A stretch of 64,000 nt of DNA from Candidatus Acidulodesulfobacterium sp. (GTDB lineage Bacteria; SZUA-79; Acidulodesulfobacterales; Acidulodesulfobacteraceae), in NCBI GenBank assembly GCA_049965795.1, contig JBMFVW010000001.1:53917-117916 (forward strand), written 5' to 3'. The position numbers were made by a program, and so were the translations under genes. Positions within the stretch are counted from its first letter, which is position 1. Every line of letters starts with the position of its first letter. The notes under the pieces were generated by a model. The model searched no databases. It was not told the origin of the DNA and saw only the letters and a program-made list of their open reading frames with translations. Below are positions 57,882-64,000 of this stretch, in pieces.

Positions 57882-58815
57882 ATCCTGTTTTAATATTTTT
57901 AATATTTCAGATATTTTTAATTCGGCATCCAATATAGGCGGCACAGGAATAGTCCTGTTAAATAAAATCGTTAAAACTTCCTCGCACGGTTCAAAATTAT
58001 ATGCAAAACTCGAAGGTCTTAATCCGGGAGGCTCCGTAAAAGACAGGCCTGCGCTCTATATGATAAAAAACGCCGTAGAAAAAGGTTTAATAAAAGAAAA
58101 TACCTCTATAATAGATTCGTCTTCCGGAAATACTGGAATTTCCTATGCAATGATAGGAGCGCTTCTCGGCATAAAAGTTAAAATTTACGCTCCCTCAAAT
58201 ATGAGCGAAGAAAGAAAAAAAATAATGCGTCTTTACGGAGCGGAATTAATACTTACCCCCGCCGAAGAAAGCCATGACGGAGCTATAAAACGGGCGGAAG
58301 AAGAATATAAAAAAGGCGGCAAAGATGTTTACTATATGCCGGACCAGTACAATAATTCTTACAACCCCATATCCCATTATGAAACAACGGCAGTCGAAAT
58401 TATTAAACAAACAGGCGGGAATATCGATTATTTTGCTACAGGCATAGGGACCGGCGGAACAATATTGGGAGTAGGAAAAAGACTTAAAGAATATAACGAT
58501 AAAATAAAAATTATAGCCGTTGTTCCCGACAGCGAAATGCACGGCATCGAAGGATGGAAATACAACTATTCTTTAAATTTCGACGGATTCAACGCCGATA
58601 AAATTATAGACGATTTTGTTAAAGTGGATACAGAAGGCAGCTATGATGCTTTAAAAAGACTCGTAAAAGAAGAAGGTATCCTGTGCGGATTTTCTTCAGG
58701 CGCCAACGTCTACGGAATACTTAAGCTTACTGCTAAATATAAAGGTAATTTTGCTACGGTACTTCCGGATACCGGTTCAAGATATCTTTCAACAAGAGTT
58801 TTTTCGGAGTTTTGA
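57859..58815 (+). CDS. cysM: Cysteine synthase family PLP enzyme (CysM/CysK-like; likely thiocarboxylate-dependent)
   Basis: 'NPGGSVKDRPA' PLP-lysine motif, 'SSGNTGIS' and 'GIGTGGT'. The true start may be Met4 (57868). Confidence 0.88.
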   Translation: MKKMEKNKSCFNIFNISDIFNSASNIGGTGIVLLNKIVKTSSHGSKLYAKLEGLNPGGSVKDRPALYMIKNAVEKGLIKENTSIIDSSSGNTGISYAMIGALLGIKVKIYAPSNMSEERKKIMRLYGAELILTPAEESHDGAIKRAEEEYKKGGKDVYYMPDQYNNSYNPISHYETTAVEIIKQTGGNIDYFATGIGTGGTILGVGKRLKEYNDKIKIIAVVPDSEMHGIEGWKYNYSLNFDGFNADKIIDDFVKVDTEGSYDALKRLVKEEGILCGFSSGANVYGILKLTAKYKGNFATVLPDTGSRYLSTRVFSEF

Positions 58816-58876
58816 TTAACATTTTAAGTAATAACTGATTGGCAGATACGTTAAAATAAGGATATAATATATTATT

Positions 58877-59308
58877 ATGGCTATTATAATTCCAAAAAGC
58901 GAACTAGAGATTATAAAAAAGCATGCGGCTGATATTTTTCCATATGAAGCATGCGGCGGACTTCTGGGAAAAATAGAAGGGGAAAACAAAATTATAGTAA
59001 AAACCTATCCTGCGGAAAATCGCTACGGAAAAATAACTTGGGACAGTTTTGAGATAGAACCTAAGGATATATTGGAAATGGATAAATTTTGCATGAAAGA
59101 AAATCTCGATATTCTGGGATTTTACCATACGCACCCAAACCATCCGGCAGTCCCTTCCAACTTTGATATCAACGCTTCCTGGCCTTTTTACTCATACGTA
59201 ATTATTTCCGTAAAAGGAAATACCCCAGAAAAAGTAGCAGACATTAAAAGCTACCTTATGCCCGACAGAACCGCCGTTCCGACCGAAGAAGAAGTTATAA
59301 TAAGCTGA
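58877..59308 (+). CDS. JAMM/MPN+ metalloprotease (Mec+/HcyD-like)
   Basis: 'EACGGLLG' (Glu) and 'GFYHTHPNHPAVPSNFD' (HxHx7Sx2D JAMM motif). Confidence 0.88.
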   Translation: MAIIIPKSELEIIKKHAADIFPYEACGGLLGKIEGENKIIVKTYPAENRYGKITWDSFEIEPKDILEMDKFCMKENLDILGFYHTHPNHPAVPSNFDINASWPFYSYVIISVKGNTPEKVADIKSYLMPDRTAVPTEEEVIIS

Positions 59309-60551
59309 AATTTTTAGGAGAAAACGACAAAACATTTTGTATAACTTCAGGATTGCCTTTCCTTCCGGAAAGCCACCTTTTTTTCCAATATTCTATAAGA
59401 TCATCTACACTATAATTAAAATATTCCAATTCATCCGTGCGTCCGTTTAAAAAATCCAAGGAATTATATGCCAAAGGCACATAATATATATCTCTTTTAA
59501 TAGAATGATTTAAAAGAAAATTAGCGTCTAATCCATAATTTTCTAAAAATCTAAGGGCTTTTTTAATAAACCTGAATTTATAATTTGAACCGTCCCCGAA
59601 TTTATATCCTACCTCCTTGCCTTCTTTAGTTTTCAATAAATTTTTTAAAAGTTCGTTAGTGCGATTAGAAAATTGAAAAGTACCGAAACCTTTAGTCTGG
59701 CCTATTCTTTTATAGAGCAGTTCGCCGTTATATTTTATCCTATTGTACTGCGAACTCTTACCGTATAAACTAGTAGTAAAAATTGCCGCTAGATTTGATG
59801 ATTTTCTCTTGTTAATTATAGTAGTCCGATTCAAATATTTATTTTGAAAAATTTCCATAACTTCTTTTGACGCCATTGTATAAGCAATTAATTTCCCGCC
59901 AAGTAGATAAGAATATGGTGGTACTGCGCCGCACACATAAAGATCCATACAGTAAACTAAATTTTTATTTTTAGTTTCCCTATCCCACCCGATAAAATCG
60001 TCTCTTTCCGGTATTCTTATAATTGAACTGCCCAATGCAGCAATTCCTATAACAGGTTTATAATCTATAGCCGCATCTCTTATAATAAATTTAATCCGTC
60101 TTCCGACATATTCGCTGTAAGGACTCGACCAAGTATATCTTAACATTCTAAACAAATCTCTTTGTTGCTGAGTTTCGCATATTTCGATAATAGGGGAGAT
60201 AACGGAGTTAAAACAATCATATCCATTTGCAATATTTTTCGTAAATATCTCTCTATTTTTATTGATAAAATAGGCATTTTTATTTATAATTTCTTCTTTT
60301 CTGGGAAGAATTAAATTTCTTATGAAATCTTTATCATTTAAATCCGAAGCATTATTTTCAAATTGAAATTTACCTTTTTCATAAGAAAATTTAAAATTTA
60401 ATGCGGAAATATCACTGCAGACAGAAGCGACAATATCATTTTCTAACTCGGATGACTCTAATCCTAATCGGTCTATTGGCTGATTTTCAATTTCGATATT
60501 TTGCGTCAATACCGGTAGAGGAAAGTAATTAAAATTATCGTCAAAAGGCAT
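59295..60551 (-). CDS. DUF4338-like (DruA-type domain) protein, third gene of the NurA/HerA operon
   Basis: Core (~aa 135-295): 'VGRRIKFIIRD...PVIGIAALGSSIIRIPERDDFIGW...LGGKLIAYTM...TTSLYGKSSQYNRIKY...IGQTKGFG'. This follows the block order I recall for Pfam DUF4338. Not verified by HMM. Confidence 0.55.
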   Translation of the reverse strand: MPFDDNFNYFPLPVLTQNIEIENQPIDRLGLESSELENDIVASVCSDISALNFKFSYEKGKFQFENNASDLNDKDFIRNLILPRKEEIINKNAYFINKNREIFTKNIANGYDCFNSVISPIIEICETQQQRDLFRMLRYTWSSPYSEYVGRRIKFIIRDAAIDYKPVIGIAALGSSIIRIPERDDFIGWDRETKNKNLVYCMDLYVCGAVPPYSYLLGGKLIAYTMASKEVMEIFQNKYLNRTTIINKRKSSNLAAIFTTSLYGKSSQYNRIKYNGELLYKRIGQTKGFGTFQFSNRTNELLKNLLKTKEGKEVGYKFGDGSNYKFRFIKKALRFLENYGLDANFLLNHSIKRDIYYVPLAYNSLDFLNGRTDELEYFNYSVDDLIEYWKKRWLSGRKGNPEVIQNVLSFSPKNFSLL

Positions 60552-60553
60552 GT

Positions 60554-62683
60554 TTATTTTTGATTCATTTTTTCATTCCATTTAAAGGTAGGTATGCAGA
60601 CAAAAGGCTTAGATTCTTCTTGCCCATTCATAAAATGCGGACCCTGAAGTATTTCAATTTCGTCTTCAATACAATCAAATATATAGCTAAATATTGGTTT
60701 ATACAGGTCGTCTTCTTTTCTGATTTCGTTTTTAAACTCTTCTTTTTCCTTAACATCACGCACTATATAATATAATCTGCCTTTTAAAATGCCGGTTTTA
60801 TTTTTATCGCTAAAATCTTGAGTCTTAAGTTTATTGTTTTTAAAATCGCTCTTTATAACTCTGAATACTTCCTCGGCCATTAATTTTATACGCTCGTTAG
60901 ATCTTTTAACAACTAACATGGCCGTAGAATTTTCATATTTTTTATTACTTTCGGGATTGCCTTCTTTTACTATATATTTTTTGTAAAGGCTTTCAAAACT
61001 TCGTATTCTGACCGGCAGGACAAAAGGCTGAAGAGGCGCGCTCCACATATAGCAATTTCCTATTATAGGCTCGTTAATAATATTTAAAATAATATCCTTT
61101 GAATAAAAGGAATTATATCTTTGCAAAATGGAGGCATCGCCTTCCGATAAAACGTGAAAAACGAACCAATTATCCGATTGACTTAATATTTCCGGAGCTA
61201 TGGAGCCAGGCTGCTGGGTAACCATAATAGCGCCTAAATCATATTTTCTACCCTCTTTAACCCATTCTACAAAAGGGCTTGTTTCAGAAAGCGATTTGCC
61301 TAAAACACTCTGCGCTTCCTCCATTATTGCAATAACGGGAATAGAAGAACCGTCTCCGGTGAAATTTTCCTGATTAAAATTAAATATATTTCTCATTATA
61401 AGTCCGGCAACATTATTACCTGCGGTTGAACTCAGCAGACTTATATCCACTATTACGACCCTGCCTTCTTTCAGTAAAATTTCTACTTCCTCTACTAATC
61501 TGCTGTTCGGATCGTGCAAATGACTTACTAAATTATACATGTTGCTTTTTGCGGCACTTATCTCGGCTGATTGACCTGAAGCAGCATCTTTGTTATAGCC
61601 CATAATCTTGGCTATCTCTTTATCGTCCGCCTGCATTCCGTCTTTTTCTATAATATCCACCAATTTTTTCCAATTATCTATTTTTAGACTTTTTAATTTA
61701 ATAATATTTTGCTGCTCCTGCCTGTCTGGCGAAATTGCTATGCCTATAACGTCCCTTGGCAAAAGAGACTTAATATTAAGTTTAACGTCTCCCGCCTTCC
61801 AACTGCCATAATATGTACTTATAGATTTCCTGTTCGTAAAAACAGCAATAATGTCTTTTAAGTGAGGCACATCGCACAAGGCAGGCCTGTTTTTATTATC
61901 CGGCCAAAAATATTCTCCGTCTGGATCAAATATTAAGGTCCCGACTTTTTTATTTTTATCCGTTACAGCATATTTTCCGTTATCTTTATAAAGTTCCGAA
62001 ACCAGATATTTAATTAGATTTGATTTCCCGTAACCCGCTCTTGCAAATACTACCGACCTTTTAGAAACAATATTATTTATATTAAATTTAACGTTAAGAT
62101 TAGGTTCTATATACTGAAAATTAGAAAGATAATCATGTACACCCGTGTTAGCGTTATTGTCGGTGTTTTTTCCGGAATATATAAATTCGCCGAGTACGTA
62201 ATTGCCAAGATCTGTTTCCCCCTGGCTTAGCGAACATAACTCCCTTAATACTTCATCGCTTGGAAGCGAAACTTTAGCACCAAGATGCGGTATCCTGCGC
62301 AGCGAAGGTATAAAAATAATCTTATCTTTCGACTGCTCGACCTGCACTATTTTGACGGCGCCGAGCAGTTTAATCTGCACCTTATATTTTAACTTATCTT
62401 TTTTTAAATCGTCCGGCACAGTCTGCCCTCTTTTTTGAAGTGCCATAATATAGTCTTCGCCTTCTACCGATGAAAGAAGACCTGCGGGGGCAAAATTTGT
62501 TATTCTGGCAAGAGAGGCCTCAAGAGGGTTTGCAAGCTCTATTAATAAAAATTGACCTAATTGCGGTCTTTCAAGCATACGCGCATCATATGGAGTAACG
62601 ACTTCGGCTGAAAATTCGTAACCTGATTCCACCGAGCCCTTAAAGATACCCATTAAATCAGATTTTGCAAATAGTTCAAGCAT
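60554..62683 (-). CDS. HerA-like FtsK/HerA-superfamily ATPase
   Basis: N-terminal HAS-barrel-like segment. Walker A 'ARAGYGKSN', Walker B 'VIAIMEEAQSV', 'IMVTQQPGSI' and 'NWFVFHVLSEGD', in HerA order. C-terminal extension of ~130 aa that I do not recognise. Confidence 0.8.
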   Translation of the reverse strand: MLELFAKSDLMGIFKGSVESGYEFSAEVVTPYDARMLERPQLGQFLLIELANPLEASLARITNFAPAGLLSSVEGEDYIMALQKRGQTVPDDLKKDKLKYKVQIKLLGAVKIVQVEQSKDKIIFIPSLRRIPHLGAKVSLPSDEVLRELCSLSQGETDLGNYVLGEFIYSGKNTDNNANTGVHDYLSNFQYIEPNLNVKFNINNIVSKRSVVFARAGYGKSNLIKYLVSELYKDNGKYAVTDKNKKVGTLIFDPDGEYFWPDNKNRPALCDVPHLKDIIAVFTNRKSISTYYGSWKAGDVKLNIKSLLPRDVIGIAISPDRQEQQNIIKLKSLKIDNWKKLVDIIEKDGMQADDKEIAKIMGYNKDAASGQSAEISAAKSNMYNLVSHLHDPNSRLVEEVEILLKEGRVVIVDISLLSSTAGNNVAGLIMRNIFNFNQENFTGDGSSIPVIAIMEEAQSVLGKSLSETSPFVEWVKEGRKYDLGAIMVTQQPGSIAPEILSQSDNWFVFHVLSEGDASILQRYNSFYSKDIILNIINEPIIGNCYMWSAPLQPFVLPVRIRSFESLYKKYIVKEGNPESNKKYENSTAMLVVKRSNERIKLMAEEVFRVIKSDFKNNKLKTQDFSDKNKTGILKGRLYYIVRDVKEKEEFKNEIRKEDDLYKPIFSYIFDCIEDEIEILQGPHFMNGQEESKPFVCIPTFKWNEKMNQK

Positions 62684-63818
62684 TCTTATAACGCGCCTCC
62701 GTTAAATTGCGGTGCAGATATTTCATTCTGTATATACTTTCTCTTTCGGATTCTGTAAGTGTCTTGCTTATTCCTTCTATCAGCATATCTTCTAACAATT
62801 CTACTTCTATTCCGTTAATTTTTGCGTGCCCGTGAGCATTTTGAATACTAAGCGGGAAATCAGGTATTGGAAAACCCAGCCTTGCGTCATGAAGCAACTG
62901 TCCCAGAATCATTTCGGCATTTTCGATGTCCCAAGCGGCAATATCTACCGGCCATACTGGATCGTAAGCACCGTCTCCGAATTTAACGAGAAATAGCTTG
63001 CCCATAGATGCATATTTTTGATTTTCTTCTTCTGTAGAAACATCGTCAAAAGTATTAAACCAAGTCCTGTCGTAATTATAACAGTACTGCTCAATTTCAT
63101 CAGGAACTTTCACATAGCATGAATAAGGCAGCTTAAAAACATTTTCTATGGCAAGGGCAAGCGATAGCCTGCTTATAACTGCGCTTTCTTTTGCTACTCC
63201 AACAACATTAACGTTTATATTTCTTTTTTGCTTATGCTCTTCGCACTTTTCTTTTATTTTTTTATCCAATTTAGGAAATATAGTATTTTTAATAGATTTT
63301 GTCCTGAGTAAACCTTCTCTTATTATTATTGTATTATTTCCCCAATCGTTATATAAAAAATCGTATAAAATAGCCCATTCTACTATATCCCGATAAACCT
63401 TAACCGCCGCCGCCGTCTTGTCCTGCTGCCCAATTCCCGCCAATAAATATGAAATGTCGCTTAATCTGTTTAAACCTAGATCGGCGCATAAACGTTTAAG
63501 CGGTTTAATTCTTTCGACTCTTTCGTTCAAATTAGTCGCATTAGAATTGCCGAAAATCGGATCTATAGCACACTGGACGCCCCTTGAATCCACAACTCTT
63601 ACAAGCTCAAGCACGCAAGGATTGAATTTTATATTATTATTACCGCCGTCTGCAGAAACGAACGACACTGCAGTAGCAGTATAAGGCCTTAAAATTTTTA
63701 TATTGTCTTTAATTTTTTTCGCAAAATTCCGCAGCTCTTTTACTACCGGCTCTTCGGTAGCTTTATAAGACATTTCTATTTGATATCTTATTAAATCTAA
63801 ATTGTCGTCGGAGAGCAT
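62676..63818 (-). CDS. NurA-like nuclease (RNase H-like fold), first gene of the operon
   Basis: Blocks in NurA order: 'VSADGGNN' (cf. DGS), 'TIIIREGLL' (cf. hhhhDGSL), 'VVGVAKESAVIS' (cf. GhSKxS) and 'FPLSIQNAHGHAKI' (cf. YPxxLxxA[DH]xxA). Its stop overlaps the HerA start by 8 nt. Confidence 0.6.
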   Translation of the reverse strand: MLSDDNLDLIRYQIEMSYKATEEPVVKELRNFAKKIKDNIKILRPYTATAVSFVSADGGNNNIKFNPCVLELVRVVDSRGVQCAIDPIFGNSNATNLNERVERIKPLKRLCADLGLNRLSDISYLLAGIGQQDKTAAAVKVYRDIVEWAILYDFLYNDWGNNTIIIREGLLRTKSIKNTIFPKLDKKIKEKCEEHKQKRNINVNVVGVAKESAVISRLSLALAIENVFKLPYSCYVKVPDEIEQYCYNYDRTWFNTFDDVSTEEENQKYASMGKLFLVKFGDGAYDPVWPVDIAAWDIENAEMILGQLLHDARLGFPIPDFPLSIQNAHGHAKINGIEVELLEDMLIEGISKTLTESERESIYRMKYLHRNLTEARYKNA

Positions 63819-64000
63819 TAGTAAATTTGTTAAATATTTTTAATATTTTCTTTATTTTATTGTTTTTTATTCAAAAGGTTCAATATTTATATAATTGCAT
63901 TAATTTGACAAACTGCGTCGAACTTATCCTCTTGGCTTACTTATATAAAATATAAGCGTCTTTGATTTCAACGTAAAAAAGTTCCTATAACGCTGATAGG

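Noticed and set aside
63819-64000. Promoter/operator upstream of the NurA-like gene (TTGTCA...TATAAAT; palindrome CTTATATAAAATATAAG at ~63944..63960)
   Set aside because: The hexamers are plausible, but the spacing is ambiguous in such A/T-rich DNA and the window ends here. This is too weak to call as a feature.

Overview
AT-rich chromosomal segment of a diderm bacterium (kdsB, a secretin, RlpA and a beta-barrel OMP are present). It is densely packed, mostly housekeeping and mostly transcribed on the minus strand. In order: an MFS efflux gene; a nine-gene type II secretion / type IV pilus-like cluster (secretin, GspE, GspF, three pilin-like genes, three assembly genes); tRNA-Arg(TCT); a TDT-family transporter and an apparently frameshifted OMP gene; comM; a PBP transpeptidase; tldD; alr; nfu; greA. 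Then the block lepA-lepB-pyrR-pyrB-pyrC-carA-(radical SAM)-carB; RNase P RNA; RNase HI / COG1579 zinc-ribbon / NIF3; tRNA(CAT); rpoD-dnaG; a cvpA broken in an A9 tract; rpsU. Then prfA-prmC-murA followed by a complete his operon with an amidase gene inside it; thyX, rpmE, kdsB, rlpA. A SAM-I riboswitch controls a plus-strand sulfur-carrier-protein operon (ThrC-like, CysO-like::NIL fusion, MoeB-like E1, TusA, CysM, JAMM protease). At the right end is a tightly coupled minus-strand operon encoding NurA-like, HerA-like and DUF4338(DruA)-like proteins. This is my best candidate for an undescribed (probably defence or DNA-processing) system. Other points: a REP-like family of dispersed palindromic repeats sits between co-directional genes. 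The pilus/secretion operon and comM share a ~68 bp promoter architecture. There is a GC-enriched possible structured RNA upstream of prfA. I saw no rRNA, CRISPR array, transposase or integrase. All functional calls rest on motif recognition by eye in the supplied translations, not on searches.
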